From NCBI GenBank assembly GCA_038317055.1, contig JBBQBA010000001.1:152153-216152 (forward strand): DNA of 64,000 nt, written 5' to 3'. The position numbers and the translations under genes are program-made. The stretch comes from Candidatus Saccharimonadales bacterium. Its GTDB lineage: Bacteria > Patescibacteriota > Saccharimonadia > Saccharimonadales > DATKHC01. The notes under the pieces are model-generated. The model saw only the letters and a program-made list of their open reading frames with translations. It searched no databases and had not been told where the DNA came from. This document shows positions 52,443 to 61,046 of the stretch, one piece after another (position 1 is the stretch's first letter; each line of letters opens with the position of its first letter).

Positions 52443-54713
52443 TTATACTTTCTTATTCATTCCTTTTCGCCATAATTTAGAAGGCCACCAGTTCCATGGT
52501 CCAAGAAGAACGACTATTGACGGAACTAGAAGTGTTCTTACAAATAATGTATCTAGTAATATACCGAATGCTATGCCGAATCCTATCTGCTGAATTTGGT
52601 CCCCTGCACTATCTCCACCACCAGCTATTGCGAGAACCGCAAATGTGCCAGCAAGAATTAGTCCGGCTGAGGTTACTGTAGTACCGGTAACGCCAATTGC
52701 TTTAGTTACAGCTTGTTTCAAGGTTACTTTTCCATGAGCCTCTTCCCTTATCCTACTCATGACCAAAATATTATAGTCTTCACCAAGTGCCATACAGAAA
52801 ATAAACATTAAGAACGGCAGAATAAAGTTTAGACCCTCATCGCCACCTATATGAACAAACACTATCATTGCAAATCCAAGACTAGCAAAATACGAAAGTG
52901 CAACAGTTGCAATAAGGTAAAGTGGAGCAATGAAACTACGTAGTAGAATTGCTAGTAAAACAGCAATTATAATCAGTACTATAGGAATAATGTGTTCCAG
53001 ATCTGTTGTTGCTACATGATTAATATCATAAGCTGCTCCGTCTATGCCGCCTAACCCACTGTCGACTGCACCAACATTACTAGCTACAGTAGTTAAGGTT
53101 GTACGAACCCTAGGAACTACTTGAAGTGCACCAGTACTACCACTATCTCCTGCTTTTAGTACGGCATAATATTGCACAGTTTCGCCATCGGCACTTATAA
53201 ACTGTGCAGTTGATCGATATGCTTGATATAAAGCTGGAGATACATTTATATTGGCGGGTTGGACTGGTGGTAGTTTAGACGCTGGTGGTAGCGTAGAATG
53301 CAATTGTGCAAGTTCCTGGGTAGTTAGGACTGTATTCGCACCCACTACTGACTTAAAGATCGCTGTATTACTAGTTAGCTGACTCTGAGCCTTCTGCACC
53401 ACACTTAAATCTTCCCAGACTGGTTTATCAAACTTTAGTATTAAATTCTCTGGGTTAATATTCGCTACTGCAAAATGTTTAGTTATTGCGGCAGCTCCCT
53501 TTCCAGAATCTGTTGTAGTAGGAGCTGCTCCTGTACTTGCAAAACCGGTTGTTCTATAACCAATTAACCCAAGTGTTAGACCTCCAAAAATTAATAGCCC
53601 TATAAGTAAAGTAAGTTTAGGTTTTTTTATAACTCTATCAGCAACTTTTCCCCAAATTCCTATAGTCTTACCTCCTGCTTTTGGTTTTGATGGCCAAAAT
53701 GCCACACGGCCAAAAACAGCCAATAACGCAGGTAATAACGTAAGCGCAGCTAGCAGCATAATACCCAACCCAATAGCTAGAGCTGGTCCTAAGCCTTTAT
53801 ATATACCAAATGAAGCAAGTAACAAGCTAACTAAAGCAGCTGCAACTGTTAAAGCAGAAAAAGTAATTGATACTCCGACTTTTGAAAGAGCTTTAACAAC
53901 AGCTTCTTTAGGTTCTAGACCATGTTTAAGCTCCTCCTTAACTCGAAATACCAGAAATATTCCATAATCTGTTCCTGCACCTAATATAAGTACAATCAGT
54001 AGGATCTGAGTAATTGGTGATACTTGCAATCCAGCTTTAGTTGTTTCTGCAATAATCGGTTGAGCGATAACTAATGTTAGTGCAGCTGGTAGCAAAGTTA
54101 TGAACGGAGCAAAGACAGATTTATAAACTATCAATAATAAGATAATGATAAATATAATAGAAAATAGTTGAACGTTATTTCTACTGCTATTTGATTTAGA
54201 ATTCTGATCTATTTGTTGTGCAAATTGACCAGTTAGATGGAAGGAAAGTCCAGGGTTAGATGCCCTATTAAATTTAGATCGTACTTGATTTATAAGTGTA
54301 GTTGCTGCATTACTAAAACTAGCACTGGGTGAAATACCGATGATTGCTTCTCGGGCTTGCCCATCTTTTGATGTACCCTGATCTCTAACAAGTGTTACCT
54401 GAGATATTTTACTGATATTTTGTTCAACAGTTGTAATAGCAGCATTATCCTGTGCAGTAAGTTGTCCAGAATTTGTTGAAGCAACCAAGATTGCATTTTC
54501 AGCTGATTGTTTTCCTTCAAAGGGTACAGCTAGGTTAGTAGCCCTAGTTGTAGGACTATTTGCTGGTAAAAATTGGATATTATTATTTTCTGAAACACTA
54601 GCAAGTGATGGAAGATTATGTACAACAAGTGGTACTGCAGCTATCCAGGCTATAATTATGAACCATCTAAACTTTACAGCGAATCTTGCAAGATTATTGA
54701 TATTTATTCTCCA
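52443..54713 (-). CDS. MMPL/RND-superfamily membrane transporter (N-terminus extends beyond the track ORF; start codon unresolved)
   Basis: The track ORF (681 aa) starts at an internal TTG. The same frame stays open upstream to 54713 and encodes ..INNLARFAVKFRWFIIIAWIAAV.., a typical MMPL N-terminus. There is no canonical in-frame start, and the ATG at 54712-54714 is +1 out of frame. Confidence 0.7.
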   Translation of the reverse strand, partial: WRININNLARFAVKFRWFIIIAWIAAVPLVVHNLPSLASVSENNNIQFLPANSPTTRATNLAVPFEGKQSAENAILVASTNSGQLTAQDNAAITTVEQNISKISQVTLVRDQGTSKDGQAREAIIGISPSASFSNAATTLINQVRSKFNRASNPGLSFHLTGQFAQQIDQNSKSNSSRNNVQLFSIIFIIILLLIVYKSVFAPFITLLPAALTLVIAQPIIAETTKAGLQVSPITQILLIVLILGAGTDYGIFLVFRVKEELKHGLEPKEAVVKALSKVGVSITFSALTVAAALVSLLLASFGIYKGLGPALAIGLGIMLLAALTLLPALLAVFGRVAFWPSKPKAGGKTIGIWGKVADRVIKKPKLTLLIGLLIFGGLTLGLIGYRTTGFASTGAAPTTTDSGKGAAAITKHFAVANINPENLILKFDKPVWEDLSVVQKAQSQLTSNTAIFKSVVGANTVLTTQELAQLHSTLPPASKLPPVQPANINVSPALYQAYRSTAQFISADGETVQYYAVLKAGDSGSTGALQVVPRVRTTLTTVASNVGAVDSGLGGIDGAAYDINHVATTDLEHIIPIVLIIIAVLLAILLRSFIAPLYLIATVALSYFASLGFAMIVFVHIGGDEGLNFILPFLMFIFCMALGEDYNILVMSRIREEAHGKVTLKQAVTKAIGVTGTTVTSAGLILAGTFAVLAIAGGGDSAGDQIQQIGFGIAFGILLDTLFVRTLLVPSIVVLLGPWNWWPSKLWRKGMNKKV

Positions 54714-54714
54714 T

Positions 54715-54954
54715 TTATTTCTCGTTTACTTTTTTAATTTGTGCCTGCCATTCCGCAATATGATCAGTAATTTCTTTCGTCATTCTTTCAATATCTTCTG
54801 CTTTAGCTAAAATTAAGCCTTTTCGCCGATCTGTAAATACTAGTAATTTATCTCCACTACTAAGTTTGAGTTTAGCTCTCGCTTCGGCTGGGATAACTAT
54901 TTGACCCTTCTCGTTTAACGTAGCTACACCTAGTAATTCTGGTTTGGGTGGCAA
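54715..54954 (-). CDS. AbrB/MazE/SpoVT family DNA-binding protein
   Basis: 79 aa. NEKGQIVIPAEARAKLKLSSGDKLLVF is the swapped-hairpin SpoVT-AbrB motif. Confidence 0.8.
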   Translation of the reverse strand: MPPKPELLGVATLNEKGQIVIPAEARAKLKLSSGDKLLVFTDRRKGLILAKAEDIERMTKEITDHIAEWQAQIKKVNEK

Positions 54955-55022
54955 AAGACACCTTTCATATATTTATTACTTTTATTACATTTATGATAGA
55001 CGCTTAACTTTATTTATTCAAT

Positions 55023-55652
55023 CTATTTCTTTGGACGGATAGTTCCAGCACGATATAATCGGCTAATGATAGCGATAAGAAGTATAATTCCCATTAAAAT
55101 CCAAAACTTTCTAAATACTCCATATGCAAAATCTGCACCAGTATAAAGTGCATGGAAAAATACGGCGAAAACAATGAAATAATTCAAATAATGAAGCTTT
55201 TTCCATAGTCTTTTCTTAGTATCAATCCACCCGAGCGAACTTAAAATAACTATTGTGAGAGAATACATGGCTAATATCCCTAATGCTACAGAAAGAGAGC
55301 CCACTGGAATACCTAATAAATGTGATCGTTTGTATGTTGAAGTAAATGGTATTAAAACTTGAAATATATTAAAAGGAACATAATGATCAAGTAATATGAA
55401 CACAACATGTATTGCTACGCTAGCAGCCAATGCCAAAGCAAGTGCTCTATGAACTATCCATGCTTTTGCTGGCTGAAAAACACGATACGTATAACCTGTT
55501 ACCATACCTATTCCGGAAATAATCAGAAGAAATAGTAATATAGCAGCCACTATTCCTGCAGCTCTAATTACATACCAAGTCCATGTTGCTTCAAATCTTT
55601 GTGTGGCAATTTGTGAAGTTGATGCTGCCAATAAATATAGATGCTGATACAA
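55023..55652 (-). CDS. ferric-reductase-like transmembrane (di-haem b) domain protein
   Basis: 209 aa, 6 TM. His pairs spaced H-x13-H (HRALALALAASVAIH) and H-x12-H (HYLNYFIVFAVFFH), as in NOX/FRE haem ligands. Confidence 0.65.
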   Translation of the reverse strand: MYQHLYLLAASTSQIATQRFEATWTWYVIRAAGIVAAILLFLLIISGIGMVTGYTYRVFQPAKAWIVHRALALALAASVAIHVVFILLDHYVPFNIFQVLIPFTSTYKRSHLLGIPVGSLSVALGILAMYSLTIVILSSLGWIDTKKRLWKKLHYLNYFIVFAVFFHALYTGADFAYGVFRKFWILMGIILLIAIISRLYRAGTIRPKK

Positions 55653-55702
55653 AAACTTTTACTCCTACGAAATAGTATTTTTTAAATATATTTTGGTTGT
55701 CA

Positions 55703-56716
55703 TTATGACACCGATGTAACTGGATTTTTAGTTGTAGTTTGAGTAGGAGTTGGCGTGGTTGTGTTAGTAGTTCCGTTATTTGTTGTATTTGATTGCAAAG
55801 TACCACTTGTCGATGACCCAGATGTCGTATTATTTGTAGGAGCTGTAGTTGTGTTCTCTATTTTAGTAATTTTTGGTACTGCTCTTACTAAATCTATGGC
55901 GCTAATAAATACTATCCCCATTACCAAAAGTACAGCCGTAAAGGTGAAAACTAATCTAGTTTCTTTGATAGGTTTTTTATGTGATTTCTCTGTAACAAGT
56001 CCCTGACCAAAAGCCTCGGTGATAAGATGGTCTGGACTAACATTATTCTTAATAAGAATTTTTTGGATCGCACTTATAAAACCAATAGGTCCACATATAA
56101 AATGAGTGAAAGAGTCATATGAGTTATCGGTAATTTGGCTTAGTGTTTCTTCGGTTATTCGTCCCTTAAAGACTCTATTACCCGTAAGTTTATTGATCTC
56201 ACCTCCGGTAATAAAGAAAGTTACTTTAAAATTAGGGTTTTCTTTCTCAAGATTAATTAATTCTTTATGGAAAGGTACATCATCTTGATTTTGGCAACTG
56301 TATAAAAGGGTGATAGGTATCTTTAATTTACTTGTAGTTGCATGCTTAATAATGCTCATAAATGGTGTAATACCGATACCACCAGCAATTAATAAAACTT
56401 TTTTATCGAATACTTCGTCAATTACAAAATCTCCATATGGGCCATTAATCCTTACTATGTCTCCAAGTTTTAATTCAGTAAGTGCAGTAGTAAAATCACC
56501 TTGAACTTTGATTGCAAACTGAACATCATTGGAATCTTTTGGTGAACTAGCAATCGAGAAACAACGCATCGGTGTAGGTCTACCAAACCTTTTAAAGCTA
56601 ATTGCTGCATATTGCCCAGGGGTAAAAGTAATATTACTTCCACTAACTGACTTAACGCTTAACAGCAAAGTCGAGGCAGTTAGATGTTTTATATCGGATA
56701 CTTGAAATTTACTCAT
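55703..56716 (-). CDS. FNR-type FAD/NAD(P)H oxidoreductase domain protein with C-terminal TM helix and Thr/Asn-rich tail
   Basis: 337 aa. R.FSIAS (RxYS-type FAD motif), LLIAGGIGITPF (NAD(P)H), FICGP. Then the TM FTFTAVLLVMGIVFISAI and a T/N-rich tail. Confidence 0.8.
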   Translation of the reverse strand: MSKFQVSDIKHLTASTLLLSVKSVSGSNITFTPGQYAAISFKRFGRPTPMRCFSIASSPKDSNDVQFAIKVQGDFTTALTELKLGDIVRINGPYGDFVIDEVFDKKVLLIAGGIGITPFMSIIKHATTSKLKIPITLLYSCQNQDDVPFHKELINLEKENPNFKVTFFITGGEINKLTGNRVFKGRITEETLSQITDNSYDSFTHFICGPIGFISAIQKILIKNNVSPDHLITEAFGQGLVTEKSHKKPIKETRLVFTFTAVLLVMGIVFISAIDLVRAVPKITKIENTTTAPTNNTTSGSSTSGTLQSNTTNNGTTNTTTPTPTQTTTKNPVTSVS

Positions 56717-56831
56717 TACCTTAATGATATAACAGTTTTAGCTGCATGTACGATGTAGATACCCTAGTAATGATATTTTCACTTATAAATTAGACATATT
56801 TCATATATATCATCTAAAATCTACAACAATT

Positions 56832-56863
56832 AAAAAACCGTGTTTATAAGGACACGGTTTTTT
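56832..56863. terminator. bidirectional rho-independent terminator
   Basis: AAAAAACCGTGT-TTATAAGG-ACACGGTTTTTT: perfect 12-nt complementary arms including A/T runs. Confidence 0.6.
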
Positions 56864-56878
56864 AGTTTAGTTTAATTT

Positions 56879-57025
56879 TTAAATAGCATGATGGTGGTGA
56901 TTGTTAAATTGTTCAGATCTTTTAACTCTCATTTTAGATTTCATTCTTTTTATAAATTGTTGTCTTCTTTTAAATTTCTCTTGATTGATGTTATTAAATT
57001 GTTGGTAAAAATAGTTCTTTGCCAT
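56879..57025 (-). CDS. possible small basic His-tailed protein (48 aa), below the ORF-track cutoff
   Basis: Own translation: MAKNYFYQQFNNINQEKFKRRQQFIKRMKSKMRVKRSEQFNNHHHHAI. Followed by the terminator at 56832-56863. Confidence 0.3.
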   Translation of the reverse strand: MAKNYFYQQFNNINQEKFKRRQQFIKRMKSKMRVKRSEQFNNHHHHAI

Positions 57026-57154
57026 TTATAACCCCCTTTTAGCAGCGTATATCTGCTTAAGATTCATTATTATACTTAAACCTGCATAATGCAGTAATTT
57101 TTAACTACATTTAAATATCTAAGGTACAATTTATTTATAAAGAAAGGGGAAAAT

Positions 57155-57457
57155 ATGAAAGCAGTCTGGAATAACGAAATCGTAGCTGAAGCAGCTAAAG
57201 AAGATCTAGTATTTATTGAAGGTAACTGGTACTTCCCACCAGGGTCAGTTAAAAAAGAGTATTTAAAAGAAAGTCCTACGCCATATACTTGTCCATGGAA
57301 AGGTGTATGCCAATATTTTAATGTTGGTAAAGACGATGATTGGAGCGAGGACAATGCTTGGTCATATCCAGAACCAAAGCCTTCTGCTATTGAGATAGTC
57401 AAAAAAGACTTTACTAACTATGTTGCCTTCTGGCGAGATGTTACAGTTAGCGAATAA
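57155..57457 (+). CDS. DUF427 domain protein
   Basis: 100 aa. ..W.....AE......IEGNWYFP...V......ES....CPWKG.C.YF.V.......AWSYP.P pattern of DUF427. The antisense ORF 57076..57402 was rejected. Confidence 0.75.
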   Translation: MKAVWNNEIVAEAAKEDLVFIEGNWYFPPGSVKKEYLKESPTPYTCPWKGVCQYFNVGKDDDWSEDNAWSYPEPKPSAIEIVKKDFTNYVAFWRDVTVSE

Positions 57458-57874
57458 TTATCTACACCGAGAACAAAGACCTTGGATCTCTAATTGATGA
57501 GAACTAATTTGAAAATCCTGTCGAGCTGATAGGTCACTAATAATATCCTCTAATTTCTGATCGTGTATTGGAATTACAATCCCGCAATTAGTACATGTAA
57601 AATGATGATGATGTTCTTGAAAAGTGTCACTTAATTCAAGCTTATATTTCCATCCACTATATATTCTCTGAGTTATTCCTGCTTCTTCAAATATATCTAT
57701 AGTCCTATAAACACTCGCCCTGTCGACTTGATTATTTGTTCGTCTAATTAAATCTTGCATTGTAAGTGGTTGTTTACTACTGCTTAATGCATCAAAAGTA
57801 ACGAGTCGAGGTTTAGTTACACTATAACCCTGTTCTTTTAGTTTTTTAGATAATACATTTGTCAGATCAGTCAT
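57458..57874 (-). CDS. Fur family metalloregulator (Fur/Zur/PerR type)
   Basis: 138 aa. VTKPRL..F..L, SVYRTIDIFEEAGI, HHHHF.C..CG and C-terminal CSRC. Confidence 0.85.
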   Translation of the reverse strand: MTDLTNVLSKKLKEQGYSVTKPRLVTFDALSSSKQPLTMQDLIRRTNNQVDRASVYRTIDIFEEAGITQRIYSGWKYKLELSDTFQEHHHHFTCTNCGIVIPIHDQKLEDIISDLSARQDFQISSHQLEIQGLCSRCR

Positions 57875-57919
57875 AGATGTATTTAATACTATTTGCGACT
57901 TTATTGCAATTATATTTAT

Positions 57920-58417
57920 CTATTCGTGTTTGGTTTTTCCTACTGTAATTATTGATGTTCCTATTATTGTGGTGACAAATAAAAGAAATGTAAGTATATG
58001 AACACCTGTGCAATATAAACAGATTGCATTTAATTTATGAAATTCTACATATACAAACCAAAATACCGATAATAGCCCAGCGATAGAATATCCTAATCTA
58101 GCGTTACGTAGCATTACGTTTTCAGACCGCCATAGCATTGGCAGTTGGAAAACAAACATCAATAGAAAAAAACCTAGACCAAGAACTGCCGCGGGAATAC
58201 CAAAAACTGCCGAGTAAGTACTACTTGTAACCTTAGCACAATCTATAAAACCGGTTGATGGACATGCCAGTACGACTTTAGTTGCATAGTGAGCAATCGT
58301 TAAATAGGTAGCATCTGCAATTCCTAGTAAACATAGGAGTAAACCAATAGTTGATATTATTATTACTTTTTTATTTCTAGATTTTTTTGTTGAGCTATGT
58401 TTTTCTTCGATATCCAT
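57920..58417 (-). CDS. vitamin K epoxide reductase (VKOR) family protein
   Basis: 165 aa, 4-5 TM. Loop cysteines C..TGFIDC and active-site CLYC in the last helix. Confidence 0.8.
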   Translation of the reverse strand: MDIEEKHSSTKKSRNKKVIIISTIGLLLCLLGIADATYLTIAHYATKVVLACPSTGFIDCAKVTSSTYSAVFGIPAAVLGLGFFLLMFVFQLPMLWRSENVMLRNARLGYSIAGLLSVFWFVYVEFHKLNAICLYCTGVHILTFLLFVTTIIGTSIITVGKTKHE

Positions 58418-59250
58418 TACTTAGAAAATGTGCTCTCAATTGATTGAATAGTAGAAGTACAAACGTTTGATGGCTGATTGTTTGTTATTGAACATATAGC
58501 TGCAGTAATCACGTTGGCAGATCCTAATACTCCTTGTGAAATCGGATCTTTGGGATTTTTAAGTGCATCGGCGATTTGTTGAGCAGATTTACCCTGTAGC
58601 ACTGTTGGTGCATATGAAGCACCTGTTAGAATATATTTGCCTCCAAAATACATGAATGGAATAGATCCATTACTAGATGACGGTACATATGGCGGAGCAT
58701 CATATGTATTCATCAATGATTGCTCTTGAGATGTTGGTATATCTAGTTTTGTGTACGCACTTCCAGATGGTACATTTGAGTATAATTCTACAGCATTAAA
58801 TACTAAATATTGACTGGTGAAAGTAGCCTTATGGAACGAGAGGGTTTGAGTATCAGGATAAACATCTGTTGTAGATGAGTGGGTTGTTTTAAGACCAGTG
58901 AAGCTCCCAAACCTTGTTAGAGCAACAGCCAAAGGCCAACGTTCAGCTGCACAATATGGGCAGTATTCAGCTCCCATATAAAGGAATATAGGTTTACTAT
59001 TCTGACTTAGCGCTGGACCACTAATTGGAGTAGGCTTTGCCGTTGACGTGCCGATGCCTACGGATTGTATTACAGAATTCTCAAGAGAAACTATGTCATT
59101 TATAAGCGAACTAGGAGCCAGTGCATCACCAGCATTAGGATTTTGTGTAGTAGGAGACTTAACGACTATAAGAATTAAAAACACTACTACAACTGCACCT
59201 ATTACGATAAGCGCATACTTTAAGTTCTTGTTACTTCCCTTTTTAGCCAT
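58417..59250 (-). CDS. DUF929 thioredoxin-like protein (VKOR partner)
   Basis: 277 aa. Signal anchor. FLYMGAEYCPYCAAERWPL (CxxC). Confidence 0.7.
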   Translation of the reverse strand: MAKKGSNKNLKYALIVIGAVVVVFLILIVVKSPTTQNPNAGDALAPSSLINDIVSLENSVIQSVGIGTSTAKPTPISGPALSQNSKPIFLYMGAEYCPYCAAERWPLAVALTRFGSFTGLKTTHSSTTDVYPDTQTLSFHKATFTSQYLVFNAVELYSNVPSGSAYTKLDIPTSQEQSLMNTYDAPPYVPSSSNGSIPFMYFGGKYILTGASYAPTVLQGKSAQQIADALKNPKDPISQGVLGSANVITAAICSITNNQPSNVCTSTIQSIESTFSK

Positions 59251-59375
59251 ATGCCCCTAATTACACAAATTATGATACGGCTAATTTTAACACAGCCTTA
59301 CGTGTATTACACCCGATAATTATTATACGTAAGAAGGAAAATAAGTTATTCTACATATTATAGTTGTAATTATTT

Positions 59376-59452
59376 GCACCCTTAGCTCAGCTGGATAGAG
59401 CGTCTGTCTTCGGAACAGAAGGTCGTAGGTTCGAATCCTACAGGGTGCACCA
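59376..59452 (+). tRNA. tRNA-Arg (anticodon UCG)
   Basis: GCACCCTTAGCTCAGCTGGATAGAGCGTCTGTCTTCGGAACAGAAGGTCGTAGGTTCGAATCCTACAGGGTGCACCA: cloverleaf, loop CTTCGGA, CCA encoded. Confidence 0.95.
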
Positions 59453-59488
59453 TATTTGTTATGCTACAATTTAGTTAAATTTTATATT

Positions 59489-60892
59489 ATGAAAACGGAT
59501 CTACGGGAAAGCCCAAATATTGAGGATAATTTACCTGTTAATATAGTTCCACCTGATCAATCCCAAAAACCAATGCAAAATAGTTCCCACGAAGTAATAA
59601 TGGGGACTCAATCTGCTGACTCATCAGTTCAAAATTTAAGCGAAGGCAAGTCTGACTTCTCAAAGAGTATAAATACTAAGTTACATGTTCCTGAAAATTT
59701 AATTCAACAAACCACAAATAATTCTAAACTAAAACTATATTTAATAGTAGGTGGCTCTTCTATTGTTTTAATCATTCTTGTTCTTATATTTTTGTTAACC
59801 ATAAATAAATCGCATAAGTTGTTTTTCTATTCGCCCAATTCTTCAGGAAATACATATACTGATTCATTGAGTGGGTTTAAAATAAATCCACCAAAAGGAT
59901 GGAAAATAAATAGCAGTACTACTAATACTAGCTGGGACGCACCAAATAATGGTAAGGAAGGAACAGGTTATTTTGAAGCAGGCATTGATGTAACCGTAAC
60001 TTCTTCTTCCAGTAATAATATTGATGATGCCCTAACAACATATACAAAACAAGAGCATTCAAACAGTTATTACAATAGTTATGAAGTAATATCAAAGACT
60101 AAAACAAAAGTAAACGGTGTGGAAGCATATATATTAAAGTCTACTAACCTTGAATCTACTGGTAGTGATGTTTCCTATACAATTACTTCAACAGAAATAT
60201 TCGAACTTAAGAATGGCGTTATATATGATGCTAGCAGTAATATAGCAGATGGATTTAAAAAAAATTACACTGCAACAATTAATAAATCATTACTCACCTT
60301 TAAACCAGGATCTATTTCTAACGACAGCTTGTCAGCACATTTAACTAATCAGGCTAACGCTGATAATGTTGCTAGCGCTGAGCAGTTACCGGTTGATAAT
60401 TCTACAGATTTTTCTAATCTGATATCCACAGCTAAATCTATTTATTTTTCGCAAGGACCTGTGATTGGAATTACCCCCAGTCTAAATGATGAAAACAACG
60501 CTTGCGAAAACTTTAGTGCAGCAACTAGTGCAAATAGGTACAACTGTAGTGTTGAGTTTTATAAAACTATATATGTTAGTAATAATTTTAGTTCCGAGTT
60601 GCAAGCTATGACGAAAATAGAAAACCAGGCGAAAAATAGTGGCTTTTCAAACCCAAAGATAGACGTTTCTTCTAACGGAACGCCAGCATCAAACTACTCC
60701 CAGTATTATTCTGCTAGTAGTTTGTCATCCAATACCTATTGTTACCTTAAGATTGATTATAACCCTGATTATTCTCCTCCTCAGATTAGTTATGATTTAT
60801 CATGTCAGCAACAAAAATCAGACGGAACAAAAATCTACACTTCAATTATTCCAAATGGGTTTCACGAAGTTAAAACACAGTCTGGGCAATGA
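59489..60892 (+). CDS. membrane-anchored extracytoplasmic protein (hypothetical), directly downstream of tRNA-Arg
   Basis: Start moved to the ATG at 59489, since the track start abuts the tRNA. One TM (LKLYLIVGGSSIVLIILVLIFLL). No recognisable domain. Confidence 0.55.
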   Translation: MKTDLRESPNIEDNLPVNIVPPDQSQKPMQNSSHEVIMGTQSADSSVQNLSEGKSDFSKSINTKLHVPENLIQQTTNNSKLKLYLIVGGSSIVLIILVLIFLLTINKSHKLFFYSPNSSGNTYTDSLSGFKINPPKGWKINSSTTNTSWDAPNNGKEGTGYFEAGIDVTVTSSSSNNIDDALTTYTKQEHSNSYYNSYEVISKTKTKVNGVEAYILKSTNLESTGSDVSYTITSTEIFELKNGVIYDASSNIADGFKKNYTATINKSLLTFKPGSISNDSLSAHLTNQANADNVASAEQLPVDNSTDFSNLISTAKSIYFSQGPVIGITPSLNDENNACENFSAATSANRYNCSVEFYKTIYVSNNFSSELQAMTKIENQAKNSGFSNPKIDVSSNGTPASNYSQYYSASSLSSNTYCYLKIDYNPDYSPPQISYDLSCQQQKSDGTKIYTSIIPNGFHEVKTQSGQ

Positions 60893-61000
60893 TGATAATA
60901 AATTATTACTTCCAGATTAAGGTAGTTGTTATATGGGCAGTTTTTTGTGTCATTGGCGATATTCTTAATCCTCTCTTTTATAGAAAAAAATTAACAATTC

Positions 61001-61046
61001 TGGTTCGAACCTCAGCCAGTGTGATGCACCAAATAGGAGGTTCATT
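61001..61046 (+). repeat. candidate tRNA-Arg-type boundary element / displaced tRNA 3' fragment
   Basis: TGGTTCGAACCTCAGCCAGTGTGATGCACCAAATAGGAGGTTCATT has a T-loop-like GGTTCGAA, then TGCACCA, the last 7 nt of tRNA-Arg. Arms GAACCTC/GAGGTTC (7 bp). CAGTGTG..CCAA parallels CACTGTG..CCAA of the Lys repeats. The right arm also contains the AGGAGG RBS of the next ORF. Confidence 0.4.
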
